DNA of 58,463 nucleotides, counting the filler, from Sphacelaria rigidula (taxonomy: Eukaryota), in the NCBI GenBank assembly GCA_964200075.2. It is 6 parts of 6 records of this genome, joined end to end, with 100 filler letters (N's around TTAATTAATTAA, not from the genome) between each part and the next. Parts side by side here need not be neighbours in the genome. Positions count along the whole stretch, not along the records: positions 1 to 9,661 come from CAXNAA020008009.1; positions 9,762 to 19,422 come from CAXNAA020008010.1; 4 more parts are not named here. The stretch is one strand, 5' to 3'. The position numbers were made by a program, and so were the translations under genes. Of the stretch, positions 1 to 16,399 are shown piece by piece. Under the pieces are notes generated by a model. That model ran no database searches, was not told where the DNA came from, and was given only the letters and a program-made list of their open reading frames with translations. Position 1 is the first letter of the stretch; each line of letters opens with the position of its first letter.

Positions 1-90
1 CTGTGTGACCCCGTCTGATGCGCCCACATATTTCGAAAGGTGTAGACTGGCGTCCAGGATAGATGGGACGACAACACACACAACACACAC
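1..90 (+). mobile_element. SINE family A 3' end
   Basis: CTGTGTGACCCCG.CTGATGCGCCCACATAT..CGAAAGGTGTAGACTGGCGTCCAG.ATAGATGGG followed by a CA tail. Confidence 0.75.
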
Positions 91-1772
91 CAATTTTGAA
101 AGTTCAACTCCCAAAATTCAAACTTGAGGTGAGGCGGAAACCGGGCTGGTCGAAATTCGGGTAAGTGTTCTTGAAGGACAGGTTAATTTCTATTTCTTTC
201 ATGAGTTGAAGACATTTTATAAATATAGTGAAGACCATAATTTCACGAAAACACCCTAATCCCACCCCCATGAATAATGAAGGTTCTCTATTTTTCCAGG
301 ATACCTTTGCGATTATCCACACCACGTTCAAAACTCATTCTAAAAATTGAGCTTTAAAACTGAGAGAAGGGACAAGAATAGTGTGCATTTTCCCTCACAA
401 CGCCCCCCCCCCAAAAAACTCAAGGAGCTGATATTGTTTTGTTAGTATTCGCTAACGATTCTCCACACGAAATTTCAAAGCACAACTCTAAAAAACTGGG
501 ACGAAATCCAGATTGAGCGCATGTAGTGCTTCTCCTCGTAATATTTTGACTTTAGTATTGGTGCGCTATATCTCGAGATAGATAACGAATTGGATGAAGG
601 TGGATATATCGATCGTTTCCCCGTGCTCCAGGGAATGTCCACGCCAAAAATCGTCATCACCCGCTGAAAATATCGTTGGGCGTTTCACGTGGACTTTGCT
701 ATGGATCTCATCTCCGTACGGCATGGGAGTTGCTATACATGGCGTTTACTCAACGAGAAACTATTGGCCCAGACTTTTGAGCACATAACGACCTTCCTCT
801 TGATCAAAAGATAAATTCGATACGCGGATCACAGCCCAACTCGTCTGTGTCGATGAGATGTTGATTTAATTGCTCAGCCCTTGGCTCGCGATGCGGTTTA
901 TCCATCGGGATTGCGCACAATTTTTTCGAGTGAAAATGATACCGATTCAGCTCGTGACCGAACATAACGGTTCGAGGTTTGACCCGTTTCTAGGCTGGAC
1001 CAGCTCGTATGTCCTTCAGGTTTCATCACTTCTGTAGACTCCTCTGTTTCCAGGTTATTCAAAAAGTTCACGTCGGAGAATCCCTGCCCCCACCTAGATT
1101 TTCGCAAAATCAATATCATGAAAAAAAGTCCAACTTTTGCTGAAGAGATGTGAAACTGCCCCACAGAGTACGAATAAAATAAATCCAGTCAATTACGGTC
1201 CTTACAGGGACGTGTCCGCACGGTACGCTCAAATGGGGACGCCCGCACTTGTCATGTCTCGGAATTACGACACTCTGCGTTGTGGCCCGCACGAAACCGA
1301 GCGGTTTCAAGTATTTACCGTTTCGTGGGTACCGCAAAGCATTATCCCACGAGTAGTCACGCCGCCTCACGACGCATCACTCGATCGAAACATACCATGC
1401 CGGGCGTCCTAGATTCAACCCCTTGACCGCGAGGGCAGGTCACCTGCTGAATCGGTATCAATATTCACTTCAAAAAAGTGTGCATGATCCAGATGGACTA
1501 CCCGCAACGCGGTCTAGGGGTTGAAGGCCGAAGATGGCATTGACGTATCCACAACGTCACTCTACTGATGTTTTTGTGCTGGAGAACTGTTGTCACCGAA
1601 AAAAATAAGCACGTGCGGAAAGACACGGAGGTTGAAATGATGAAGACAGACTACTCGACGGTGAGCAGGGAAAATTCCAAGAGTCAAAGCAGCCGACCTC
1701 CCAAACGCATTTACACCGCACCGTTCTCCATACGCCGTACGTCGTACTGTCTGTTCTGCAACATTGATATAC

Positions 1773-3572
1773 CTGCAACGGTACCATGATGCGAATATTT
1801 GCGCTCCCTCTAGACGACCAGAAGAACGACGTCACCCCCGTGGCATGTAGGCGTTGTCGTTCTCTCCTAAGCTTCTCCTCCAGGCTAAGATTTTCCTCCG
1901 TGTCGCCATCATTGGGTGCCACGACCAGCTGCCGCTTGGCCAGGGTGTTCACGTCTACGCCCCATAGCTGTGTTGCGTTTGTTCAATCAGACACAGACGT
2001 AACAAAGCGCTCCCGTCGGCAGGGGTTTTGTGCAACGCACACCCGTAAGCGGTTGGCAACAGTAGTGCAAGTACGATTGCGAATCATGGAAAGCAGACAC
2101 TGCACATTGATGTACTGTAAGAGTAGAGTAGATGAGACGGGAATTTCAGAAAGAACGTGTTGCGACCCAGGTGGTGATGTCACTAAAGCTGGGGATGCTG
2201 GAAAATGGCAACAGCGCCTCCGGTGGCCACAAGGGACTGACAGCTATCGCACGCCCTGCCCTTTACGAGCAGATGAAAAGCTCAGGGTTGCTCGGGGTAG
2301 CCGAACGTCTTCCAACAATGGTCGAATCTTGAGAAAGCCGATAACCAACCACCCAAGAGCGGGATGCTAGCGACCAGGTGGCTCAGTAGGGAAAAGAAGC
2401 CGCGTGTGTACGTATTGTGGGTGTCGTTGTCGCGGGTGTTTGACTGCTTTCGAAAGGCTAGAGGACATAACTCTATGCGGTACGGCAGTAGAGTAGCTTC
2501 GCACATCACCCTGAAAAAGTAGTGGGTCATGGCATGACTTCTCTTCATCTCCTTGATGATGCCAAGCAGTTTTCTCGAGAGTGTTTCAATAATGGAATTG
2601 GAATCAAACCAGCTTAGGCCAGAAGAGAGCTCTTCGGCTTACCAGAACAAGGAGTACGCTGCGCATCTATCTCACCCACGTATGAATTTTCCGAGCGCAT
2701 CTGTGTGTGCGTACAATGTATTGCGGAAGAGGCTTACGAGATGATTTTGTGATTTTTTCGGGTGCAGAGATTTGAAACCAAAGCATTCGTACTCGCACAA
2801 TCGGTGGGAGTTACTGCCACATGAAAAATGTAAAACAGCTACATGGCAGTAGCCGGGTCACTCCCAGGCCACCACGAGAAATGGTCAACGTGCGACGAGC
2901 AGCTCGGTGGCTAGGTAATGCGATCGTTGAATGCGTTCGCTTTTTTTGGAAACAAATAATTAGAACATTATTTCGGTGAACGCTCGGTGGTGTGTTCCGA
3001 CAACTGTACTGGTGTTGGGTACTGTGATTGCACCGACCTACTGTACTGATTTACCCTCATCTTGTCGTACCTACCGCACGACTGTCTGCCATGTAGAGTA
3101 TAATCAAATGGAAGACTTGAGACTCTTCCACTGGCCTGTCTACTCGAGGATCACGGCAAGCCAATAGCAACCAGCAACCCAACGGTGCTTTCATCGATAG
3201 ACTACATGTCGGCTAAATCTCTTGTTATGCAGGGTTAAGAAGAGGACAGAACAAGACACAGGCGGAGCTGCAGTAGCGTACAGACGCCAACTTTGAGAAA
3301 ATCAGATGAAGCCTACGTTGCAGCGACGGGACGAAAATATCACAAATTTCAAGTACGCCCCAGGGCTGCTGCTGCGCTTCGATTGTCTTGACATCACTCA
3401 TGGAGCCGCAGAACGGCGGTCTATCCACATTTAAGCCCATCCAGACCTGTCGTGTTAGCTGGCCTCCCTCCGCGTGTAGGTAAGACAGGATGTTGTCGTC
3501 AGGTGAAAACGCAAGCGATATTGGAGATGCCGTGCCCGGCAACGGAAAGCGAGCCACATCTTCAGCGTTCAT
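1773..3572 (-). CDS. Dipeptidyl-peptidase IV family (S9B, DPP4/8/9-like), 5' part; exons 3572-3447 and 1967-1773; remaining exons not seen in this segment
   Basis: Spliced translation MNAEDVARFPLPGTASPISLAFSPDDNILSYLHAEGGQLTRQ|LWGVDVNTLAKRQLVVAPNDGDTEENLSLEEKLRRERQRLHATGVTSFFWSSRGSANIRIMVPLQ. Canonical GT/AG, both exons phase 0 (126 and 195 nt). 'FSPD' and 'LSxEEKLRRERQR..GVTSF.W' are typical of the DPP IV N-terminal propeller region. The true start could be further upstream. Confidence 0.8.
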
Positions 3573-3925
3573 AGCTTCCGCTTTCACCTTTCTTGCGGAG
3601 ATTCCAACTTTCGTATTGGTTTCCGTGAATATGTCGACAACTCTGCCGACGATCACAGCAATGGTGCAAGCCTCGGCGGCCAGCGGCCGTTCAGTGGTGT
3701 AGGCTGTTGCGACGCACCAATTCGTGTTTTTTCGTGCAGCGTACAGCATCAAACTCTCCTGGCAGTGTTGTACCACATATTAATGTGACGTTTTCTACTT
3801 TGATAAATCTACCTATCGTCGTACTATATTTTCCACTTCATGGCCATCGATAGGTCCACTTTCCCTCTCTCGTCTGTGTCGCGAGCAGCACAGCTTGTCC
3901 TCCTCCCCAAGGCCCATAGCGCAGC
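3573..3925. promoter_or_regulatory. Putative bidirectional promoter between DPP-IV-like gene and NACA
   Basis: Only ~350 nt separate the two divergent start codons, with an AT-rich core near 3775-3840. Inferred from geometry only. Confidence 0.5.
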
Positions 3926-7618
<3,693 letters not shown>

Positions 7619-8308
7619 ATTCGACAAGAAATACAGCACAACCCCGTTGTAGATGGTGTGATGCGCGTGACTCGAGTCGGTTTGGTTTTGCATTAATCTG
7701 TTGCCGTGGTTGTTCCTTGCTGTTTTTGCTCTGCGGCACCGAAAACGGAGTCCCGGGGAGAGGGAGGGGGGAGTGGGGGAAATTTTGAAAAAAAAACTTC
7801 ACCACCAAGTATATGTCGTGCTCCTGTTTCGTGCGGAAGTGCGCTCTTTCCTCGTCGTCATCACATCCGCACTGCTTCAAGCTTTTCTCGCTTGACCGGA
7901 GGACGTCTTGCCGGGCTCTATTCGGTAGTCTCGTGGATTTTCGTGTAGGTAACCTCTGCCATAACTCTAACCACACGGTGAATCGGGTCGCGCCTTGCTG
8001 AGGTGTCAGGGAGCGAAGGAAACACCAGCGGTGACTCGGGTCCTTGTTTGATCTCAAGAAAGCCAAAGAAGGGGCGAGGGCACGCGGACCCTCTGACTTG
8101 TACGAACGCATGCGACATGTCGTGTGTAACTTCCCCAAAATGTTTAGATTTTCAACACGGGAATCACGCTTGGAATACGCAGCAGCTTTGAGTCCACCCT
8201 CGCCCCCTCTATCTGGTTCGCGTGCGTGACATTCTGTCATGAATCCATAAGCTTACATGCTCTGATGTCCCAGGTGGTAACGTCTAACGGAGGGTCTACT
8301 GTGATCGA

Positions 8309-8667
8309 TGTGTGTGTGTGTTCTCGTCCCATCTATTCTGGACGCCAGTCTGCACTTTTTGGTATACGTGGGCATTTCAGCCGGGGTCACACAGGAGGAA
8401 GGCCAACACAAGCCATCTCCTCTTTATTTTGCTCGTACCCCACCCTCTTTCTGCTGTGCTTTCCTTTATTTCTTTATCGTGAGAGAGGTTCAACGGTCTC
8501 GTTCCCTCGTCGACCGTGAGGTCAATTCTTGTGTACCAACGACATGGTCGCTCTCCACCGTTGAGGATGGTGTGACGAAAAATCTCAAATGGTGTGACTG
8601 CGCCGAGATTCAAACCCACGACCCAACCTTGAGAAGGTTTCGAGGTCACTAACCGAGCCACCGGGGC
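8309..8667 (-). mobile_element. SINE family A copy
   Basis: (TG)n tail, shared body (CCCATCTATTCTGGACGCCAGTCT...), tRNA-like head ending GAGCCACCGGGGC. Confidence 0.85.
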
Positions 8668-9661
8668 TTTTTCACTAAATAGCACAGATCCACGTACAGA
8701 CGCTGCACAGCGACGTGTCTGTGCTGCCCCGAAGACAGCCATGGTATAAGTCTGACAGAGTTGGAAACGTGACTCGTTTTCGCCGAAGGCTCAATGAAAC
8801 ACTTCATGTTATTGAGCGGTCCAACTGCTTGCTCATCCCTTAGACCGCGATGCCGGTGGTCGACCTGGATCACGCACACTGCTTTCAAGTGAAGATTGAT
8901 GCAGCAGATTCAGCAGTTGGTCTACCCTTGCGTTCAAGGTGTTACGGAATGTGTCGCGAGTCTTGACTTTCGTGAGTTCAGACTATTTTTCAGCAACGAA
9001 AGAATCACATCAACACCGACAGGTCGTGGGCTGATGTCTCAAACGTAACGAATGCTACATTCAACATACCGAACCAGGTTCGTCTCTCGTGCGTGCAGCG
9101 TTCCAAACTCTGCTGCCGCTGACACCGGCTGTCGGCGTATGAAATACATGAAGGCAATCGTCCCATGAGTCATCGCCCTCGTGCTTGACGGCATGGAACA
9201 AATCGTGTGCGTTCGTCTCAGGGTTGCACAGGTGTTTTTCTCAACGGCATACTGTACATATTTTCCGGATAAAAAGGAATTTTGTTTTGCCAATGCACTG
9301 CGAGTTTGATAGGCTACCCCATCCACGAACTTGGGCGGTAAAGTACTTTGAAGTGGACAATTCGTTCAACCCTTGGCGAGAGTGGGTTATTTGCTCAATC
9401 ATCAATTTCACTTGAAAAAATGATCGATATAATCCAGATGAACCACTCTCGCGGCCAAGGAGGGGTTGAAATTGGTGCAATTGGTGAAGTAATTGCGCCC
9501 ATAACCCTCGTATCGAGAGCAAAGAACCTGGCGGTGATATTGTTGGGCATTACTAAATACCTGCGTTTAGTTGTTACCGCCGCGCCCCGGTGGTGTAATA
9601 ACAGCCGATCATCTATGTTGAGGATGGTGCTTTTGATTGAGGATGAGAACCCGGAGGATTA

Positions 9662-9761
9662 NNNNNNNNNNNNNNNNNNNNNNNNNNNNNNNNNNNNNNN
9701 NNNNNTTAATTAATTAANNNNNNNNNNNNNNNNNNNNNNNNNNNNNNNNNNNNNNNNNNNN
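9662..9761. other. Artificial 100-nt spacer (N44-TTAATTAATTAA-N44); also at 19423-19522, 29184-29283, 38944-39043 and 48704-48803
   Basis: Six-frame-stop linker inside N runs, recurring every ~9,760 nt. Confidence 0.97.
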
Positions 9762-9867
9762 TGAGCATGGTGTAAGAAAAAATCCCAGATCGCTCCGGGA
9801 ATCGAACCCCACAACTCAACCATCAGAAGGTTATGAGGTTACCGGCTGAGCCACCGGGGCGACTGGC
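9762..9867 (-). mobile_element. SINE family A head, cut by the segment boundary
   Basis: GGGAATCGAACCC...CTGAGCCACCGGGGCGACTGGC. Confidence 0.75.
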
Positions 9868-10851
9868 TTTCGTGCATGGCTTCACAGCGTTGTTGAAATT
9901 GTTCCGTACACGAACGGTAATTTTCAGGGCGGATGTGGTATCACAGCGATGCCGAAGAACAGGCAGGCAGGAAAACATCCTTCAAGACCATCGTCGTACC
10001 GTGGTACCCTAGGGTATGATACAGTGCAGTGCACGGCACGATCACAGTATAGTACACGATAATGCCGTGTGGTAATACATGATGGTACTGTCAGTATTGC
10101 GAGAACAGTGCGCAGTGTACGACAAGAGTTCACGAGTGCAGTGTCATTCATCACCCTGCAACAACCGCGACAGTAGTGAAGGGTAGTACGGCACCGTTCG
10201 TTATGATGATACATACAGCAACACAGTGCAGCATACTTTTTTGCCATCATCGCAGGGTACAGCGTCAACACTTCTTATCCGCTTGTCAAACCCCGTGCGG
10301 AGCTGCTCCAGCAGCCGGTGCTCGCAGGCACTGTCTGTGTCACGAGACTGTCTGCTGCTGTTGTTGTAAAAATACCAAACGCCTGTTGCCCCATCACCGT
10401 ACGTCAACATGCGTACGTCAGTTGCTCCAGATTCGGGGGACCTCGATCTCCCACGGATCTGGGCTCAGATTTGTGTAAAACCGTTCTCAAATCGTGACAA
10501 ACGAATCTAAGCTTCCCCGATTTGTGCCAAATTTGTGCCCATACAACGAGTTCCGGATCTGAGGTCCCCTGATCAGCGCACAGATCAGTTTTTTCGACCG
10601 CCATACAAAATGGTCTAAAAGAGCGTGTTTTCGCACATTTTGTGCGATTGAAGAAGTGCGGTGGAAACAGGGGTCCGTCTAAAAACGATTCCGGAAAATG
10701 TGCCCCCAAGACTACTTTGTATGGCAACCAATCCGTATTTGTACAAATGTGAGGATTTCAGCCCGTTTAAATGCGATTTTCTCCCGTGGATTGATTTTTT
10801 GGACCCCAAGGCCGTTGGGCTATGTTTTCACCTAGCTCTGAGGAAACCAGA

Positions 10852-11092
10852 TCAATTCTCCGAATCTCTGGGCGCTGACTTTTGGTTCATCACCTTTCTC
10901 TGCTCAGATGGGGAGACTCCCGCAGCTGCCGCGAATCTGTTGTACACTCGAAGCAAAAGCTGTATTCCAGGAGTGGCGGCGGCACGTGCATGCTGTTGTG
11001 TAGCAAGCGCGAAAGCCCGCATGCGTTCACGACTGGGAGCGGTGCTGTCAGACAGCCAAAACAATAAGTGGTCCGCAGGGAGGTGCGAAGGA
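10852..11092 (-). CDS. Possible exon of an unknown gene
   Basis: Acceptor gttgtcag| followed by open frame SPSHLPADHLLFWLSDSTAPSRERMRAFALATQQHARAAATPGIQLLLRVYNRFAAAAGVSPSEQRK. No homology recognised. Confidence 0.3.
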
Positions 11093-13427
11093 CTGACAAC
11101 ACCGGCGACACATCCTTGCTCATCGCGACCGTGCAGTCAGACAGTAGATACAATGAAGATGAAAAAATGCACAGCCGCTTGAACAGGCGAAATATTTACC
11201 GACAGTTCGAACTACCAGCAATACAGCAACCGAACAAGAAGAATAAAGAGAAACTTCAGCTGAGGGCTCCAAATGTCGAGGTAAAAAATGATTTGTCACC
11301 GTAGGTGCTCGAGGCAGGAGCGTGATATCGTTCCCAAGATCAAGTATTCTCTAGTGTGCTTGCTAGTAAAAGTATTTGCAGGGGCAGGTGTTATCTAACA
11401 ACATGCACGAGGGTAGGTAGTAGCCTCGTACTCGACGAAAAGATGCAATACTGTACACCCGGAACTAACTGAATAGTCTCGTGTCTGGAGCTCAGACCGA
11501 GAAAGGGAACAACTTGGAGGAAGTGTGGAACTAATCCTCTACTGTGCTCGTTGGGAGCCCCTAGACCGGCGACCGAGTGCCAGCGTGGGGGCTCGTGCAA
11601 AATACCTGTCATCCGACCCCGAGACGTGTCTTCACTCAAGTCATACATAACTCATCTAACGATCCTACTTCAAGCTGCCAATCACACACACATTGTACCT
11701 TTCAACTCTCGAAAATCCATGTCATAAAAGAAGATAGCGACCAGCGACGTACTTGCTTTCCAAACGTTACATCTGGGCTTGTGATCGATCCAGATGTCGC
11801 TGAAATATATTAACCTACGATATATATTGCTCGTACCCGGTGGTCATAACCAGAAATAATTCTGCAACTACAACCTTCATCATACAACAGTAATGCGTGA
11901 ACAAAAACTGAAGATGTTTCAAGGGCCGTTATTTCCTACACTGTTTTTTTCGTAGAGATCACCGAAAAGATCGGACATGGATGGATGACTCGCGAAAGCT
12001 TGTGAGCGCCACGGCGTACACACAGGGCAGGTCTCCGATTCGCTGGGTTATAGTCAGACTCGCCCCAAAATGGAGGTTCGGAGAAAAAATCACGCTGCTT
12101 CATCGTTCGAGAAGTGCGAACGCAGAGTCCGACAGTGTCGATAATAATGGGACCAATTGAACGAATACCGAAAATTGGAGAAGGAATCGCACGGGGTATA
12201 CCGAACACGATGCAGGGCCCGTGTGAACCCAACGGACTGTTGTTACAGAGAAGGTGTATAGTCTCTGTCTTGAGAGAGCATCCAAACAATCAAACTTGCT
12301 CAGTACATGGTTTGCCGCGAACACCATCGTAGTTCGTTAGCACGACGCGGTCATATATGCCGCCATGAAGAGGGTGTCATCGGATCTGTCATTCACTGAG
12401 GAGTAGGATGGGAGAGGAACAAAACAGAAAACTGAGGTACCGGTGAATGGAGTCTAGCGCTTTCGTCGAAGCAAATAAATGTTCCAAGTTTAACGACAGA
12501 AAATGGTGATTTTGCTATGTCGGGAGAAGCAGTTGGAAGAAGGATGCTGGGGTGCGTGTGATTTCTGAAAGCCAAGAGAGAGACATGGGCATAGGTTTCC
12601 TGGGGAAGTCGTAGGAGAGGAGGAAGGAGAAGTTACAACGCAAATACTGAGGTTTCGTGGAGGCGGTGTGCCAGGGCGATGCAAACGAACGATTCCAACA
12701 TGAACACGAAACGTTCGCTGCCCTGTTGTGCAGGCATGAGGGTATATTCGTTGTTTACGTGTTTTTCTCCGAGCACCGGACCCCATGGGGGAGCTGCTGT
12801 ACTGTGTTGTGAGTTTGTTCGAGTGTCGAGCCACCCTCTTTGTCGATGTGTGAAAAGGGTAGGGACCGGGAATCCGTGTTTGGAGCTAGTTGGTGTTGGG
12901 GGAGATATGTCCTTCGCTGTTTTCTGATTCCACGATAAACAGCGAATATCAAGGGAAAAGATCGTCGCCACCGACGTCTGCGAAGTGCTGGCTTCAATTA
13001 GCAGCAAAGGCTGACCATACATGGTTTTAGTCCTATGCGCCTCGGGTGAGGTGCATACGGAGCGGGAGGCTGTGCGTGCTCCTTGGTCTTTTACGAAGGA
13101 CGCAAATATGATTGGGCTGTGTCTTGCGGGGTGAGATAATATGCTGTGACGGGAATTGTCGAGTCCCTCCTCGGAGTGAATCGCCCGCCCCACAGCGGTT
13201 TCCACCACTAGAAAGCTGTGCGTCATCCGCAGCGTAAGGCTCTCGATTATTCTCTGATGCGATGATCCCGACGTACAGATCGCGTGGCGCAAACGCGCGA
13301 GACATTCGACAGGGAGCGGGAAACCCGTCCTACTCGAGTTTTTTTTTGCTTTTTCCGCCACACGAGACGTTCTCACGTTCACCCGCAAACTCCCGTCCCT
13401 TCCTGCATCCCACAGGTCCCCTCTGAA

Positions 13428-13596
13428 ATGGCATCGACGGATCGTGACATCCTGGTTGTTCTGTATCGATCGGTCGGTGCTGGAGCTAGGTTGCATAACT
13501 GGGACACAGATGCTGATCTCTCGGACTGGCAAGGAGTCACACTCAATGATGGAGGGCGCGTGGTCCAGCTTTGGCTTAATTTTACAAACCTCCAAG
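13428..13596 (+). pseudogene. Orphan first coding exon of a brown-algal LRR (LRR/ROCO-type) gene
   Basis: MASTDRDILVVLYRSVGAGARLHNWDTDADLSDWQGVTLNDGGRVVQLWLNFTNLQG, ending in a phase-1 donor (CAA G|GTAT) and preceded by an acceptor (ccacag, 13415). Resembles the N-cap exon of Ectocarpus LRR proteins. No downstream 72-nt LRR exons recognised in this segment. Confidence 0.7.
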
Positions 13597-16399
13597 GTAT
13601 TTTGATGCCTACCCCGGAACCACGATAGGAAAGGCCGAGAGCTGCCTGTGCAGCGATGAGCAGGGGAATATGAACTGTCGAGAAAATGTTTTGACCCCAA
13701 TCGTTGATTTTGTCCCCGGTCGGTGATATGTTATTCTCTGTTTTTTGTTTGTACCTGCTATGCTGTATGTACTGTGTCCTTTGGGATTCTGTTCACTCCC
13801 TCTTTCTCCATGTGTATTGTTTCCGTGTTTTTTCCCTACCCAGTGTACGCAAGTCGCAGTTAATGCAGTGCCCACTTCCGCACGATGTTCAGATAAAAGC
13901 TCATACCCCAAATGGCACCGCAGAAATAGATGGGCCGCAATTCGTCCCCACGGCTTTTGCTGTTTTCGTGTGTTGGCAACGAAGGCAAATGCCGTTCGGC
14001 GACACCTCTTTCCAACCAGAGTCATGTTGCTCGGGCAGGCCATTTATAGTTCCTATTTGTCAACGCCTTGTTCCTCTGTTTCGTTCGGAATACTCCTATT
14101 TGTCGAATCCCCACTTCAGATTTCTCCATTTTTCTTCGGTCAAGTGTTTCCGTTATTCTCATCTCTCGTACATCTATCATTTGACAATGGCTGAATCCCT
14201 TGGGGGGGAAGGGGAGGGGGTGATTTGTTCTTAACAACAAATCAATGGAATCAACCCTATAGCCATCACGTGTGACCTGTCTTGCGACATGCTTGACGTT
14301 TCCCAGGAATTCGGTGACCGGAGATCGTGTTCCGCTCATGAACTTGCATGGCTCGCACTAAGCCACAGCGTTGTATATTGATACTCTCCCGCATTGTGCG
14401 GGACCCCTGCATGTTCTGGAACGGTCCCTTTAGACTAATTTTTACCATCGCGATACTATCGCGATCAAAATTTGGCTCGGATAACATCACGATACCATCG
14501 CGATAGAGGGAAATTGCATTTTTTTATCGCGATGCTATCACGATACACCTACTTTACTTGCTCAATCTGGCGAGAAGGGATCTGAACGACTGTTTGAAGG
14601 GGCCTGAACGGCTTTTATACACATTTTGAAATGTCGTTCACACCCATGGTGAAATTTCAACCATGACTGGGGGTACGGGTCCCTTCCCGCGACAATTCTG
14701 CCACAGGAGCACACAATTTCTTGCAACGACCACTGTCGACACTTGAGCGAAATTAAACATTTTCATGAGGATATATGTAGGACCATACAATCCACCTTGA
14801 TTTGATTTTCTCTGGTCGAGAACGATAACTGTTTTCAGAACCGTTTCAATTTTGTGGATGCAGATCATAAAAATCAAACTCTCTAGCTTTTACAGGTCTT
14901 GCGAATTCGATGAAGTTGGTTGGCGTGACCACTTCCTCCTGGCATCGGAATAATTATTACTTATGGGAAACTACCACTCATACTGTACCGAGCTGTTCAC
15001 GTGACCAGCGTGCTGCACATAGCCTATGCGCCACGCTAGCAACAGTTAGGTCACCACCATAAGTATGTTTTTTCACTCCGTATGTCGAAAATATCTCTAC
15101 AAGTGTTTGATCTCTCATACACCCTCCTCAACTGGCGTGTGGCAGGCCCTTCTCGTCGGGCACCTCGTCGGCAGCGGTCGGCGAAAATCAACGATGAATA
15201 ACACCCCCTAAGTTCAAATTTGATATATCTATTATTGCCGCAGCACCGGCCTTTCTGGCATGTGTTTTCCAGAGAACAGTAGCAGCGGTGACGGAAACAT
15301 TTCCCTATTTTTTCAACGACATGTTTTTCAGCGCACAGAGGCGCGTCCTGTCCAAAAGGAGAGGCAGAGAGAAATCGATCTTCCCGTTGGAGACAGGCAA
15401 GAAGAGACGACGGAATCTCTCCGTAGCTTGGTGTTTCGGGACATGAAAAAATTGGCACAAGCTGGTAAGATCGATGATGCCATTCTCTCGAGAGTTTGGT
15501 AAATGCCGAGCGGGGACACACAAAGGACGCGGGCGAAGAGCTTCTTCTCTGTCGTTGCTTCTCTCTCTCTGGTGATATTGTCATCGACACGCGTGTACAC
15601 CGCCTTCGTTGGGGGGGGAGATGGCTTCGCTAGGTCGCTAGTGTTTCGCGTCTTCCCTGAAAAAGAGAAATACCACTTCAACCCTATTTTCTAGGGTTCA
15701 CTGTTATTAGGTGTAGAAGGCGCCAAAGTGAAGGGAACGGGTGGACAATGCATGGCGTAAATGCCAAGACCTACTGTGCTCATGAAACAAACGCCTTACC
15801 GATGACCGACGACATGACCTACGATAAGGAGCACCAAGCGGTACGTAGACTTCTTGAGACCTTGAAGGATAGAAGCTGGTACAAGGTGTGGGGCAATCGT
15901 TGGTCAAGCTTTCGGCAGCGAAGGTCTTCCCGGAAGCATTAGTGGAGTAGCGACCCATGATGAATCGTACACGGAGTGGGAGAGTGATGTACGGGACATC
16001 CTGATGTGAGTAAGACACTGTGTAATGCAAGCCGTTCTTGAACCTCACACGGTGAAAATGATCTCCCTGGATGAAAGTAACCAGTTGAGCAGCGGGGCAA
16101 GAAGATAGGAGATACGATCGTGGGACGGCTGTATGGTTTACCATGAACTCGCCTGGCACAAACGTGGGGTACTTGTGTCAAGGGTGTTGAACTTGGCTTC
16201 AGGCTACGAGCCCATGTCGGTGGCATTGTTCAGTGTCGGTGAGCCAGCAAAAGAACTGAAAGGAACCAGACCCCCAACGAGTACTACGATTGGGATATCC
16301 CAGTACGTTGAAGATATTACCCACCAACACAACTCAAAATACAAGCTGGAGATTCCTGTGAAGGATGGAGAGAGACGATGAGGAAGGGCGGATGGTGGA

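Noticed and set aside
1786..2370. 194-aa plus-strand ORF
   Set aside because: Antisense shadow of the DPP-IV exon plus intron sequence.
9706..9717. TTAATTAATTAA as a biological motif
   Set aside because: It is a six-frame-stop linker embedded in N runs, i.e. an artefact.
12633..13700. 355-aa minus-strand ORF
   Set aside because: No recognisable domain, and it runs antisense across the LRR exon; likely a chance ORF.
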